From an uncultured Candidatus Saccharibacteria bacterium (GTDB lineage: Bacteria; Patescibacteriota; Minisyncoccia; Phycocordibacterales; JACOZG01): a stretch of 64,000 nucleotides of DNA. A model generated the notes under the pieces. The model had not been told where the DNA came from. It was given only the letters and a program-made list of their open reading frames with translations, and ran no database searches. Where the stretch lies: NCBI GenBank assembly GCA_964648765.1, contig CAZYLF010000001.1, forward strand, positions 79,042 through 143,041. The letters run 5' to 3'. Position numbers and translations under genes: made by a program. Of the stretch, positions 9,435-19,769 are shown in pieces (within the stretch, counting starts at the first letter, position 1; each line of letters opens with the position of its first letter).

Positions 9435-10159
9435 AACCAATCATTTAATGATAACTCTTCTGCTCTCTTTTTTAAATCTAAATCGGTGTGTGAAGGATCG
9501 ATAGTTAACAAATTATTTTTAAGTTGTTTACGCTTGTGAGCAAAACCTTGATGAATAATTTCAAAAAACTTTTTCTCATGCTCTTTGCTCTTAAAATTAT
9601 TTCTATTTATATTCTTGATAGAAATTACCGCAGAATCAACTTTAGGCGCGGGATTAAATGATCCGGCCTTCACGATAAATTCCTTTTTCGGTTCACCGTA
9701 AACTTTTACACTTAAAGAAAGTAAACTTTCTTTTTTATCGTGTGCCACAATTCTATCCACTACTTCCTTTTGTAAAAGTAAGGTCATGGACTGCGGCTGA
9801 TTTTCACCCGATAAAAATTTTCGTAAAATTTCTCCAGAAATATAATACGGAATATTGGCTACAATCTTAAAATTTTTCTCCGAAAAATTAAGATCCAATA
9901 TGTCTCCCTCAATTATTTTTAATTTCTTGTTTGAAATTTCTTTTGCAAACTTTTCTTCAAGCGGCGCAATTAAACGATTGTCTTTTTCTACCGCAATAAC
10001 ATTCGCGCCGGTGGCGAGAATTACTTCCGTGAGCGTGCCGAGACCGGGGCCGATTTCTAAAACTATGTCCCCTGCTTTTACTTCCGACACAGTCACAATC
10101 TTTTTTAAGATCGCCGGATCAGAGAGAAAGTTTTGGCCTAAAGATTTTTTAGCTAACAT
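9413..10159 (-). CDS. rsmA: 16S rRNA (adenine1518/1519-N6)-dimethyltransferase
   Basis: SLGQNFLSDPAILKKIV ... LEIGPGLGTLT SAM motif. Canonical KsgA/RsmA. Confidence 0.9.
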   Translation of the reverse strand: MLAKKSLGQNFLSDPAILKKIVTVSEVKAGDIVLEIGPGLGTLTEVILATGANVIAVEKDNRLIAPLEEKFAKEISNKKLKIIEGDILDLNFSEKNFKIVANIPYYISGEILRKFLSGENQPQSMTLLLQKEVVDRIVAHDKKESLLSLSVKVYGEPKKEFIVKAGSFNPAPKVDSAVISIKNINRNNFKSKEHEKKFFEIIHQGFAHKRKQLKNNLLTIDPSHTDLDLKKRAEELSLNDWLCLAENI

Positions 10160-10162
10160 AAA

Positions 10163-12100
10163 TTAAAAGTCGATTAACCAACCTGATTGTTTTTTATCTA
10201 ACTCTGCTTCATTTAAATCTGCTAAAAATTCTGACGGTAAACGTGGCTGAAGGCTACCAAATATTGTCCTGGCTTCAGCGTAGCATAAATATAATTTTTT
10301 CCTCGCGCGCGTGATCGCCACATAAAATAATCTGCGCTCCTCCTCATTATCCCTTTCAGATTCCTCGCCCATTCTTGGTGCCGATGGAAATAAATCTTGC
10401 TCCAAGCCCATCACAAAAACGTAATCAAATTCTAAACCTTTGGCCGCGTGCACGGTCATAAGGCGCACGCCACCGCCATCTTTAATTGTGTCTTGATCAG
10501 CAATTAATGCGGTGTCGGTGAGCATTTGTTCTAGTCCCTCGCCGAGAGGGAAGATGTCATAACGCTTGGCGAGAGTTACTAATTCCTTAATGTTTTCCAA
10601 CCGCTCTTTATCTTGCTCATCTTTAGATTCAGCTAATTGATCCCCTAACCCAGATCGTTTCACGATGAGTTTAATAAGCTCTGAGGGCAACTCTTTTTCT
10701 CCCGCGTTTTTAATCTCTGTTTGTAATTTACGAAAGTTCTCAACTTTAATTTGCGTAGCTTTTGGCAAAGTGCTGGCAAGTCCAGAAAATATTTTAGCAA
10801 TTGTGGCTTTACCAATTCCGCGCGGTGGCACATTGATCACACGCTTGGTACTCTCAATATCTTCCGGATTTAGCGAACATTTAAGTAAACTTAAAACATC
10901 TTTAATTTCTTGTCGGTCGAAAAATCTTGTGCCCACCACTTGATACGGCGTGCGATTATTTATCAACGCTTCTTCAATTGCTCGCGATTGATAATTGGCG
11001 CGATAAAGTACACCAATATTTTTCGCTTGCGCTTGTTCGCTCTGAATTAACTTTTCAATTGCTTCAGCCACGAGCCCGGCCTCCTCATTTTCATCCATAC
11101 CTACGATCAGCGCAATTTCTTCCCCACCTTTTTTACGAGTAAATAAATTTTTCTCTTTCCGTTTTTTATTTTTAGCGATTACGGAATTGGCGAAGTCGAG
11201 GATTACCTGCGTGCTCCGATAATTTTCTTCAAGTGTTACCACTTTGGCTTCCGGATAATCTTCTTCAAATCTTAAAATATTTGTGAAGTCGGCACCGCGC
11301 CAACTGTAAATAGATTGATCCACGTCACCAACCACACAAATATTTCTGCGCTCGCCAGCGAGCAATTTAGAGAGTGCATATTGCACAGCGTTTGTGTCTT
11401 GGTATTCATCAATGTGGATGTACTGCCAACGCTCTTGATAAATTTTTAAACGCTCCGGATTATCGCGCAAGAGTAAAGTAGCTTTTAATAATAAATCGTC
11501 GAAGTCGAGAGAGTGGCTCGCCTTCTTTAAACTTTCATATTTCTTCCACGCCTCAACCACGAGATTAATGAAGAACTCATTGGAACCTTGCGCGTAGGTT
11601 AAATATTCGTCGGGGCCGCGCATTAAGTTTTTCTGTTTCGAAATAGTGCTAGAAATTTTTTGCGGCAAACCGTTATCAATTGGCGCGCCGCCTTCCTTGA
11701 GCGCTTGTTTAATTAACTTCACCGATTCGTCCTTATCAATAATTTGGAAGAATTTCGGTAAATTAAAATATGCCAGATTTTCTTTAATCAATCTCACGCC
11801 GAGCGCATGAAACGTACTAACCCAGGGCCTCCCGCCAGAGGCGGGTAAATTTGCCCACATACTGTTTCCGCTTTCTTCCATTAAGCCCCTGAGACGCTCC
11901 CCCATTTCCTTGGCTGCTTTGTTGGTAAAAGTGATGGCCATAATACTCTCCGGTGCCACCCCATTTTTAATTAAATGAAAAATCCGATGAGTGATCGTTT
12001 TGGTTTTGCCTGCGCCCGCACCCGCCACAATCAAAAGCGGTCCTCGCTCGTGCAAGACCGCTTCCTTTTGCGCCTCATTGAGACCCGCCAAATAATCCAT
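10163..12100 (-). CDS. uvrD: UvrD/PcrA-family ATP-dependent DNA helicase
   Basis: Walker A GAGAGKTKTITHRI, plus UvrD motifs (VVGDVDQSIYSWRGAD, TVHAAKGLEFDYVFV). Confidence 0.9.
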   Translation of the reverse strand: MDYLAGLNEAQKEAVLHERGPLLIVAGAGAGKTKTITHRIFHLIKNGVAPESIMAITFTNKAAKEMGERLRGLMEESGNSMWANLPASGGRPWVSTFHALGVRLIKENLAYFNLPKFFQIIDKDESVKLIKQALKEGGAPIDNGLPQKISSTISKQKNLMRGPDEYLTYAQGSNEFFINLVVEAWKKYESLKKASHSLDFDDLLLKATLLLRDNPERLKIYQERWQYIHIDEYQDTNAVQYALSKLLAGERRNICVVGDVDQSIYSWRGADFTNILRFEEDYPEAKVVTLEENYRSTQVILDFANSVIAKNKKRKEKNLFTRKKGGEEIALIVGMDENEEAGLVAEAIEKLIQSEQAQAKNIGVLYRANYQSRAIEEALINNRTPYQVVGTRFFDRQEIKDVLSLLKCSLNPEDIESTKRVINVPPRGIGKATIAKIFSGLASTLPKATQIKVENFRKLQTEIKNAGEKELPSELIKLIVKRSGLGDQLAESKDEQDKERLENIKELVTLAKRYDIFPLGEGLEQMLTDTALIADQDTIKDGGGVRLMTVHAAKGLEFDYVFVMGLEQDLFPSAPRMGEESERDNEEERRLFYVAITRARKKLYLCYAEARTIFGSLQPRLPSEFLADLNEAELDKKQSGWLIDF

Positions 12101-12385
12101 TAACTATTTATAACATTTTTATACTACTTGCCGAAATAATTTGCCAAAAAACTTATCCCCATGTGTAGTTTGTAACAGTTCGCGAGAAGGGTGTTTTTTT
12201 GCTATAGTAACCCTTATCCAGATTTGACTGATTTGCTGTAATGTCACCGCCTCGCCGACTCGCTATACAATAGGCTTATTTTATCCAAAACCTCTAAAAT
12301 AGTCATATTTACCAAGCTTTTTTACAAAAAGCCTATTTTTGTTTTACTTATTACGACTATTATTTTTAGTCCAATCTTAATCGTT

Positions 12386-13291
12386 TTGCCCTTGGCTCGG
12401 GCCAACACCACTCCACTCTCTAGTACTGGGGTGGTTTTAAATTCACAAAATGTTCCGCTTGTTGGAACTTCCGGCACTAGCAACCAGCTCCCTTTCCGCG
12501 GTGGCGGTGACATTACAATTTTGGACGACAGCGCCTTGATGCCAGAGTCACCACTCTCTTTACTTGCCTCAGAGGCCTCGGAAGTGGCAGCTGGCAAAGG
12601 CGACATTAGTATTTATGTGGTACGCGAAGGAGATTCGCTCTCGGGGATTGCTCAAATGTTTGATGTTTCCGTTAACACAATTGTGTGGGCCAACGACATT
12701 CCTCGTGCCACCGCTATTTACGAGGGTCAGGTGCTGGTGATTTTGCCAGTTTCTGGGCTTAAGTATGAGGTGAAGAAGGGCGACACTCTTGCCTCCCTCG
12801 CTAAGCGTTACCATGGCGATTTGGAGGAAATTGCCCAGTTTAATGATCTTGACCCAAATGGCGCGCTCGCTGTGGGTACCGAGATTATTATCCCTGACGG
12901 TGAGATGGTGGCTGTGGAAGGAAGTAGTGGTCCGGCCCCGGTTTTTGTGGACTTCTTTATGAGGCCAATTAAGGTGGGTAAAAAGACCCAAGGAATCCAT
13001 GGTTACAACGGTGTGGATATTGGCGCTCCAACTGGCACACCAGTCCTCGCCTCCGCGGCTGGCACGGTGATGGTGAGCCGAAGTGGTGGTTGGAACGGCG
13101 GTTACGGCAACTTTATTGTGATCAAACATAGCAATGGCACCCAGACTTTGTATGCGCACAATAGTGAGAATTTGGTAAAAGTGGGTGCCAAGGTGGTGCA
13201 GGGTCAGGTGATTGGTTATGTGGGTTCAACTGGTAAATCCACAGGGCCTCACCTCCACTTTGAGGTTCGTGGAGCAAAGAACCCGTTTTAA
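12386..13291 (+). CDS. LysM-domain M23 family metallopeptidase
   Basis: Two LysM-like repeats (YVVREGDSLSGIAQMF, YEVKKGDTLASLAKRY). M23 motifs GVDIGAPTGTPVLAS ... HLHFEVR. Track start is TTG; first in-frame ATG is at 12539, so start is uncertain. Confidence 0.8.
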   Translation: MPLARANTTPLSSTGVVLNSQNVPLVGTSGTSNQLPFRGGGDITILDDSALMPESPLSLLASEASEVAAGKGDISIYVVREGDSLSGIAQMFDVSVNTIVWANDIPRATAIYEGQVLVILPVSGLKYEVKKGDTLASLAKRYHGDLEEIAQFNDLDPNGALAVGTEIIIPDGEMVAVEGSSGPAPVFVDFFMRPIKVGKKTQGIHGYNGVDIGAPTGTPVLASAAGTVMVSRSGGWNGGYGNFIVIKHSNGTQTLYAHNSENLVKVGAKVVQGQVIGYVGSTGKSTGPHLHFEVRGAKNPF

Positions 13292-13325
13292 ATAAGATCT
13301 AGATAATACCTTAAGCAAAAAAATA

Positions 13326-13347
13326 CCCCGCAAGGGGCTATTTTTTT
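13326..13347. terminator. short GC hairpin with flanking A and T runs between convergent genes
   Basis: ccccgcaagggg followed by ttttttt; an A-run precedes on the plus strand. Confidence 0.35.
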
Positions 13348-14888
13348 GGCCTGTATTGAAGTGCCTCGAGGAGATGTTCTTCTTTAATATCGGGTGCAGA
13401 GGCGAGGTCGGCGATGGTGCGGGCAAGTTTGATGATGCGGTGATAGGCGCGCGCGGAGAGTTCAAGTTGTTTGGCAGATGAATTTAAAAGTTTTACACAC
13501 GAGTCAGAAAGTGGGGCCAACTTCTCAATTTCTTTGGCGCTGATTTGGCTATTTAACTTTTCGCTCACGTTTAATTTTTGCGAGCGCGCTTTCTGCCTTT
13601 CGCGCGCGGCCATTACTCGCTCTTTAATTTTCAGTGATGTCTCACCTCCTCCACCTTTTTGTGAAAGTTTTTCATATTCCACTACGGGCACGTCGAGCCA
13701 CAGGTCGATGCGGTCGATGATGGGGCCAGAGATTTTACGTTCATATTTCATTAATGCTCCAGCCGAGCACACACATTCTTTTCCTCGCACGCCTTTGTGT
13801 CCGCAGGGGCAAGGATTCATGGTAGCGATTAGAATGAAGCTTGCCGGGAAGGTCATAGACCCCCGCGCTCTCGCGATCTGGATCACGCGGTCCTCAAGTG
13901 GTTGGCGCAGAGATTCAATTACCCTGCGATCAAATTCTGGGAATTCATCGAGGAATAAAACGCCGTGATGGGCTAAAGTAATCTCGCCCGGTTTGGGCCA
14001 AGCACCACCACCCACGAGTGAGATGTAGGACGCGGTGTGATGTGGCGCGCGCAGTGGGGGCCGAGTTACGAGCAAGTTACCAAGCACGCCAGCGGCGGAG
14101 TGGATGCCCGTGGCCTCCATCATTTGATTAAAATTTAAGTTGGGGAGAATACTAGTGAAGGCTTTAGCGAGCATTGATTTACCCGTGCCTGGCGGGCCCG
14201 ACATCGCTAAGTTGTGACCACCAGCCGCGGCAATCTCAAGTCCGCGCTTGGCGGAGAATTGCCCCTTCACATCACTCATATCAAATAAGTGATCCAGAAT
14301 AATTTCTGACTCATCCACCTCTGTCGGCGGTTCAGGATTGAGGATCACAATCACCCTTTCTTCTGGCTCCTCTTTTGGTGATAAATGATTGGTGAGTTCG
14401 GCGAGATTTTTAATTCCAAAGACTTTTAAATTTTTTATTAATGCTGCTTCTTTAGCATTTTCTTTCGGTAAATAAAGTTCGATGAAGCCGGCTTTGGCTA
14501 ACTTCTCGGCGATCATTAGCGCGCCTTTAATCCCCCGCACTTCACCGTTGAGCGCAAGCTCTCCGAGAAAGGCTACCTTTTTTGGTTCAAATTTAATTTC
14601 TTTAGCGGCCAGCAGAAAGCCCACCGCGATTGCAAGATCAAAAACTGGCCCCTCCTTCTTTACATCCGCTGGGGCTAAACTCACAATCACTTTTTTGTTC
14701 CCCTTCTGTGGAGATTTAAATCCCGAATTTTTTATAGCGGCACTAATGCGATCTTCAGCTTCTTGAATTGCTTTGTCGGGCAAACCCACAATCGAGAACG
14801 AGTGGAGACCTTTTGAAATATCCACTTCCACACTTACCAGATCAACTTTAAGTCCCACCACTTGAGCGCTATGAACTTTTGCGAGCAT
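13338..14888 (-). CDS. comM: YifB/ComM family Mg-chelatase-like AAA ATPase
   Basis: Lon-like N-domain (LAKVHSAQVVGLKVDLVSVEVD), Walker A GPPGTGKSMLA, MCM-like C-terminus. Confidence 0.9.
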   Translation of the reverse strand: MLAKVHSAQVVGLKVDLVSVEVDISKGLHSFSIVGLPDKAIQEAEDRISAAIKNSGFKSPQKGNKKVIVSLAPADVKKEGPVFDLAIAVGFLLAAKEIKFEPKKVAFLGELALNGEVRGIKGALMIAEKLAKAGFIELYLPKENAKEAALIKNLKVFGIKNLAELTNHLSPKEEPEERVIVILNPEPPTEVDESEIILDHLFDMSDVKGQFSAKRGLEIAAAGGHNLAMSGPPGTGKSMLAKAFTSILPNLNFNQMMEATGIHSAAGVLGNLLVTRPPLRAPHHTASYISLVGGGAWPKPGEITLAHHGVLFLDEFPEFDRRVIESLRQPLEDRVIQIARARGSMTFPASFILIATMNPCPCGHKGVRGKECVCSAGALMKYERKISGPIIDRIDLWLDVPVVEYEKLSQKGGGGETSLKIKERVMAARERQKARSQKLNVSEKLNSQISAKEIEKLAPLSDSCVKLLNSSAKQLELSARAYHRIIKLARTIADLASAPDIKEEHLLEALQYRPKK

Positions 14889-14905
14889 TGCTCAATTATA
14901 GCAAA

Positions 14906-14937
14906 ATAAAAAACCCGCAAAGTTTTTAACTTGCGGG
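14906..14937 (-). terminator. putative intrinsic terminator (minus strand)
   Basis: Minus strand reads cccgcaagttaaaaacttgcggg followed by ttttttatttt. Confidence 0.45.
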
Positions 14938-14947
14938 CGTATAGGCA

Positions 14948-15139
14948 TTAACGACGCTGAAGCTTTACCAGTTGTTCAATCCTCGATGAATAAATTTCTC
15001 CTTTTGGGGCCCAAAGCAGTCTCGCTAATTCCTCGTGTTGTCGCCAGATATTAGTCCCTTGTTTACATTCTCCCACAACTATTTTGAAGATAGAAATCGG
15101 GTTGAGGAAAAACAAAATTTTTCTTATGTAGTGCATCAT
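14948..15139 (-). CDS. small hypothetical ORF (63 aa), questionable
   Basis: Lies between the dksA-like gene and a minus-strand terminator. No motif. May be 3' UTR. Confidence 0.2.
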   Translation of the reverse strand: MMHYIRKILFFLNPISIFKIVVGECKQGTNIWRQHEELARLLWAPKGEIYSSRIEQLVKLQRR

Positions 15140-15196
15140 CTACCTCCTTTAAAAAGGTTTGTTTGAAGAACAACTAACTACTCACAACCTACCACT

Positions 15197-15556
15197 TTAC
15201 AGATGCGCTTTGCAAGTGAGAGCTGCAGGGTTGGCGTCGAGACGTTCCTCCTCAATTGATTGTCCGCAAACATTGCAAATTCCGTAAGTCCCCTCACTCA
15301 TTCTGGCTAAAGCCGATTTTACTTCATGCAAACGGCTTTCAAGTGGCAAAGTTTCCGCCTCGCGATCATCGAGTTCTTCCAAACGTTCGGCTACATCCTC
15401 ACGGAATTCAATTTCTGATAGATCGTCAGATTTGGCTTGCCAGTTTTCTGGATTTTTTGGATCTTTGGTAGCGATACCGCTTAACTCCTCTTCGAGCACT
15501 GCTCGCTCATCCTCGAGTTTGGCTTTTAATTCAGCTTTTTTAGCATCATTTAACAT
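15197..15556 (-). CDS. DksA/TraR family C4-type zinc-finger protein
   Basis: Coiled-coil N-terminus. C-terminal CNVCGQSIEEERLDANPAALTCKAH zinc finger. Confidence 0.75.
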   Translation of the reverse strand: MLNDAKKAELKAKLEDERAVLEEELSGIATKDPKNPENWQAKSDDLSEIEFREDVAERLEELDDREAETLPLESRLHEVKSALARMSEGTYGICNVCGQSIEEERLDANPAALTCKAHL

Positions 15557-15584
15557 ATAAGCAATATATCAAACGGTCTAATTT

Positions 15585-16820
15585 TTACAATAGCGACAAG
15601 CGGCTAATTAGGTATTCTAGAGATTTGTCGTTGGTGGTTATCACCAAATAACGATTACCTACAATGGTGTAAATCATTTGACTGGCACCAAAAGCGTCGG
15701 GGAGCACGCGCACTTCAAGATTTTGAAAGAGTCGAGAATTAAATACTGCCGTGGCATTTTTGCTTCCGATTAAGGTTGTTAATCTTGAGGCCAGATTTGG
15801 CTCCCACTCCATAATATTTTCGTTTGTGGCGCCACTTACCTCAGCAATCAAGAAGCCGTTTTTAGTTTCATTAATATTTAAAATTCCGTACAAAAATTTT
15901 GATCCAAATTTTGAAATTAAGGTTGCCGGTGCACCAAGTGCCAGCTTACTTTGGAAGCGGGCAAAATCAATTTGCTTTTCGCCTTCCACAAATGCGAGGC
16001 CCGTGAGCGCCTTGTCTTCTTTGGCGTTAGTGAAAACTTGATCAATTTGCGAGCGTAAACCTTCAGCGTCGAGTTTGCTTACTTCTACTTCAACCTCTTC
16101 ATCCGCGGGGATTAAATAAGTAGGTTTAAAGGTTGGAGTATTTGTGGTGACGGTTTCACCGTTTATTAAATTCTTAACTTTTTCAGTGATTTGGGTGGCC
16201 GTGTTGGGGAAGAAGATAAGTAACACCGCGCTCCCACTGGCGGCAAGGAGTAAGATTATTAAAAAAATTAGCAAACCAATCTTCCCTCCCCTTTTAGGTT
16301 TTTCGGTTGTCATTCCGCCTGGCATTGATAAACCCATCCTTGCGCGATCCTTTTCTTGGATAACCATTTTGGTCATACTCATTTCCTCGTCGCGAATGGT
16401 GCGAGCCATGTCACTTTTTAGTGTATGAATGGAGCTGAGTGTACTTACTGGAGCTTGTCTAACTGTGTTTATCTTTAATTCTGATTGTTTAATTTTGCGG
16501 AGACGGTCGTCGTATTGCTCCTTCTCCTTTTTGCCTTCTGAAGCTAGTTTTTGTTTTAAAGCTTCGGCTTTTGCGTTTTCTTCTTGTCGACGCTTTTCCA
16601 TATCTTGTGCTAAGCGCTCTTTAGCAATGGCGCGTGAACGTTCAGTCTGCTCAGCATTGATTCGAACACGTTTTTGTTCCTCGCTTTCCATGGCGGCACG
16701 AGCATCAGATCTACGTTTGGTTAGCACCGCAGTTTCAGCCTCCCGGCGTTTTGCCACCTCCTCACCTTCCATAGCTTTACGCGCCTCCTCTCGGCGAGCT
16801 TGGAGATCGTCAGGACCCAT
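15585..16820 (-). CDS. coiled-coil protein with one TM helix and a C-terminal globular domain
   Basis: K/E/R-rich N-terminal half, TM segment IGLLIFLIILLLAASGSAVLLIFF, ATG verified. Confidence 0.5.
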   Translation of the reverse strand: MGPDDLQARREEARKAMEGEEVAKRREAETAVLTKRRSDARAAMESEEQKRVRINAEQTERSRAIAKERLAQDMEKRRQEENAKAEALKQKLASEGKKEKEQYDDRLRKIKQSELKINTVRQAPVSTLSSIHTLKSDMARTIRDEEMSMTKMVIQEKDRARMGLSMPGGMTTEKPKRGGKIGLLIFLIILLLAASGSAVLLIFFPNTATQITEKVKNLINGETVTTNTPTFKPTYLIPADEEVEVEVSKLDAEGLRSQIDQVFTNAKEDKALTGLAFVEGEKQIDFARFQSKLALGAPATLISKFGSKFLYGILNINETKNGFLIAEVSGATNENIMEWEPNLASRLTTLIGSKNATAVFNSRLFQNLEVRVLPDAFGASQMIYTIVGNRYLVITTNDKSLEYLISRLSLL

Positions 16821-16822
16821 AC

Positions 16823-17413
16823 TTATTTTATTCCTCCAGTTACCTTCAGTTCTTGTAACCGATTTTTGAGTCTGTCTTCCTCGGCTAAAATTTCTCGATA
16901 CTCTTTAGTGTTAGTTTCAATCACGCTTTCAATCTCCCACAGATTTTGCTGGAGATCCCATTTTTCCTTTTCAGCTTTTCGGCGAGCGTCATCAGCCTCC
17001 CAGCGCTTTTTCTCTACTTCAATTTTTTGTTGAGGCAAGGTGGCCTTAGCCTCTTCAAGTTCAAGTGTGGCCTCGGCATCCTCGGCTAACTTCTCTGCTT
17101 CCAAAATTGGCTTAAGGGCGTTATTAATAATTTTACGTTTGTCGTCTTGCTTAACCCACTCAAGTTCGTAATGCTCTTTATTTTTTTCAAGCTTGGCGAG
17201 CTTGGCCTCAATCTCGGCGATTTCTTTGCCGGCTGTTTGACTCCTCTCCTCTTCCAAACGCTTTTCGGTGTGCTCTAAACCTTCCATCGCCATTTTGGCT
17301 TCGGATAATTTTTTCTCTAATGATTTTTGTAAATCTACTTCCGGGTTTACTACTGGAGCTGCATTTACTGGCGTCGGGTTTGTTGCTGGTTGGGTGTTGT
17401 TAGGTTCATCCAT
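16823..17413 (-). CDS. coiled-coil protein
   Basis: 196 aa, E/K-rich heptad-like sequence. Stop is 2 nt from the downstream gene start. Confidence 0.45.
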   Translation of the reverse strand: MDEPNNTQPATNPTPVNAAPVVNPEVDLQKSLEKKLSEAKMAMEGLEHTEKRLEEERSQTAGKEIAEIEAKLAKLEKNKEHYELEWVKQDDKRKIINNALKPILEAEKLAEDAEATLELEEAKATLPQQKIEVEKKRWEADDARRKAEKEKWDLQQNLWEIESVIETNTKEYREILAEEDRLKNRLQELKVTGGIK

Positions 17414-17439
17414 AAAATAATTATAGACGAAAATGTTTT

Positions 17440-18054
17440 TTATTCCAGAGTAGTTGTGATTTGTTCAGGAGATTCCGCTATTGCGGGAGTTTCTTTAACG
17501 GTTGTTTGGCGGCGATTTGTACTGCGGTTGTTGTTAGTCCCGTTACCTCCACCTAAAAGATATTTGCGAGGATTGTTGCACAAATCAATAAAGTCGTCAG
17601 CGGCTTCTTTAAGTTTGCCTGATGTGCTTTTACCAAAGGCAATCGCTTCCACTTGGTTACCGCTATGAATTTTTAAATACTCAACGAGAGGCACAAAGTC
17701 TCCGTCACCCGAGACGATTACTACGGCGTCGAGACGTGGTGCGAGCTTAATTGCGTCTACCGCTAAGCCCACATCCCAGTCTGCCTTTTTAGAACCACCG
17801 GCAAAAATTTGTAAATCTTTAGTTTTAATTTCGATGCCCATTTTGGCCATCGCCTCAAAAAAGTTCTTTTCTTCTCCACTTTCAGTAGTTACCACGTAGG
17901 CTACGGCTCGGATTAATGTGCGTCCAGCCACTGCTTCTTTTAAAATTGCTCCGAAATTTACCCGTGCTCCGTATAGATTTTTGGCACAGTGATAGAGATT
18001 TTGGGTATCGATGAATACACCGACCCTTTGTCCCTTATGTTTGATTATTGGCAT
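17440..18054 (-). CDS. NYN/LabA-like domain protein (COG1432)
   Basis: VGVFIDTQNLYHCAKNLYGARVNFGAILKEA ... VVIVSGDGDF, typical NYN. Confidence 0.75.
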   Translation of the reverse strand: MPIIKHKGQRVGVFIDTQNLYHCAKNLYGARVNFGAILKEAVAGRTLIRAVAYVVTTESGEEKNFFEAMAKMGIEIKTKDLQIFAGGSKKADWDVGLAVDAIKLAPRLDAVVIVSGDGDFVPLVEYLKIHSGNQVEAIAFGKSTSGKLKEAADDFIDLCNNPRKYLLGGGNGTNNNRSTNRRQTTVKETPAIAESPEQITTTLE

Positions 18055-18064
18055 AAAAATGCGT

Positions 18065-18289
18065 TTACTTGCTTCGGCGTGCTAAAAACTTTTCATGAGC
18101 GCGGCGTTTAGAAACTAGTTTTAAAAGCCCACGTCGTGAATGCTCATCCTTTTTATTTTTCTTTAAATGTTTGGTGAGCTCGTCAATTCTTTCTGAAATC
18201 ATAGCCACTTGCACAGCCGAAGAGCCGGTATCCTTTTCGTGGATCTGGCTTTTCTTAATAATTGTCTGTTTTTTCTTGGTTGACAGCAT
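18065..18289 (-). CDS. rpsO: 30S ribosomal protein S15
   Basis: [44 protein letters not shown] matches the S15 consensus. Confidence 0.9.
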   Translation of the reverse strand: MLSTKKKQTIIKKSQIHEKDTGSSAVQVAMISERIDELTKHLKKNKKDEHSRRGLLKLVSKRRAHEKFLARRSK

Positions 18290-18333
18290 GGGGCTATCGT
18301 ATCACAGTCTTTTTAAAAATGCAAGTTTGGTAT

Positions 18334-18366
18334 TAAAAAAAGAAAACCCGAGCTCCAGACGGGTTT
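18334..18366 (-). terminator. intrinsic terminator after the purA-like gene (minus strand)
   Basis: Minus strand reads aacccgtctggagctcgggtt followed by ttctttttttaat. Confidence 0.6.
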
Positions 18367-18394
18367 TCCGTTAGAGTTCGGGTTGAATCATTTT

Positions 18395-19750
18395 CTACAC
18401 GACATTTTTATCTTCCGAAGTCGGGCCATACGACCGGTAACCGACCGGACTCTCGCAGACACTGGCGACATATTCTTCAAGTTCTTGTGCACTATTTATG
18501 AATCCTGTTCCGCCACCACTTGCTCTCATTAAGAGAGCAGTCATATCTGACTGATGTTTAAGTGTCGGATCAAACTTGATTGGTAGTTCTCCAATCACTT
18601 GACCTGAAATCGGATCAGTATAGTGGTCACAGAACTCTAATCGAGTTAGCCGCCCAAAGACATCCTCATGGGTGACTGCAATTTTTGTAAGTGGTGTCAC
18701 CTTTTTAACGCAGGCGGCCGCGTACCTAAGTAACACTCCATCCAAGTGACCGAAACGAAATTTTCCTTGCCACTCTCCTTTGGTGTTATGTTCCTGAGGT
18801 GAGAGGTACTTTTCTTGGCCCTCTGTTTCAGTGGGGAAGGGGCCGGCTCCATGGCGGGTGCCATAAGCTCTGGTGATCCCTATTGTTTCTACTCCGCCCG
18901 CGAAACCATTTTCCTCAAGAATTATCAGGGCGTTTGCGGGTGTGGTTGTGCTCCAGGTAGTGTGCGGGTGAAAACCGAACCACTCATCGAGGAGTACACC
19001 TTGCGCTCCTTCAAACACAACAGGACCTGAATTAAACATCATTTTCACCACTGCTTCCCCGATGATGTTTAAGTGCTTTGATAGTTCGAAATAAGTCTGA
19101 GCTATCAACGTAGGGTGCCCTGGCCCCATCAAGAGATCAGTTTCAGCCATTAAATCAGTGGTGTTCATCTGCTCTGGAGAGAAGCCCATTAATAGCAGCT
19201 CCGCCCTTTTTCTTTCTTGAATGGCGGTGAGGATCTTGGTTACGTGTTTTTTGTTTGATAGATCACCAGCATAGATGACTTCATCTGGGCGATTTACTAA
19301 ATCGGTTGCCGTTTCACCAATCCCCTTACCGCAAGAGCCATGTCTTCCGTTACCCCTCACCCATTCCCGTATACGATTACTGGCCACATGAATGGGAGTG
19401 ATCACCGGAGCTCGATAGTCAATAAAATGCCTACCCATCACGGAGCCTCCGATTTTTCTCGATAGAACATTTGCTTCGTCGGCCAGTGCAACTGGATCCC
19501 ACAACATGAAACGGGAGATTAATGTTTGAACCCCATCAATAAAGGTGCCACTGCCAAATTGTGCGAAGGTGTGGTGTTTGCCACTCCCCGAGACGACATT
19601 ATGAGCTGCCTGGGAGCCACCGTTATAACGAACAACTAGTTTAGCCCCATGGTGACGGCATAAAAAATCCGTCATCGTCCCTTTTCCCTCATCTCCAAAG
19701 CCTAAGCCAACTATGATGTGGGCGGCATATTTTGCCTTACATTTGCTCAT
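18395..19750 (-). CDS. adenylosuccinate synthetase family protein (divergent PurA-like)
   Basis: GDEGKGT P-loop variant, VVRYNGGSQAAHNVV, FEGAQGVLLD, TRAYGTRHGAGPFPTE. All align by eye with PurA blocks. Several key positions differ (see findings). Confidence 0.8.
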   Translation of the reverse strand: MSKCKAKYAAHIIVGLGFGDEGKGTMTDFLCRHHGAKLVVRYNGGSQAAHNVVSGSGKHHTFAQFGSGTFIDGVQTLISRFMLWDPVALADEANVLSRKIGGSVMGRHFIDYRAPVITPIHVASNRIREWVRGNGRHGSCGKGIGETATDLVNRPDEVIYAGDLSNKKHVTKILTAIQERKRAELLLMGFSPEQMNTTDLMAETDLLMGPGHPTLIAQTYFELSKHLNIIGEAVVKMMFNSGPVVFEGAQGVLLDEWFGFHPHTTWSTTTPANALIILEENGFAGGVETIGITRAYGTRHGAGPFPTETEGQEKYLSPQEHNTKGEWQGKFRFGHLDGVLLRYAAACVKKVTPLTKIAVTHEDVFGRLTRLEFCDHYTDPISGQVIGELPIKFDPTLKHQSDMTALLMRASGGGTGFINSAQELEEYVASVCESPVGYRSYGPTSEDKNVV

Positions 19751-19769
19751 TTTTATACCCTTTCCACAA

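Noticed and set aside
18395-19750. Calling the PurA-like gene PurZ (2-aminoadenine pathway)
   Set aside because: The only support is a by-eye alignment suggesting altered TKLD and Arg-cluster positions. There is no DatZ/MazZ-like partner and no phage context. Kept as a divergent PurA-family finding only.
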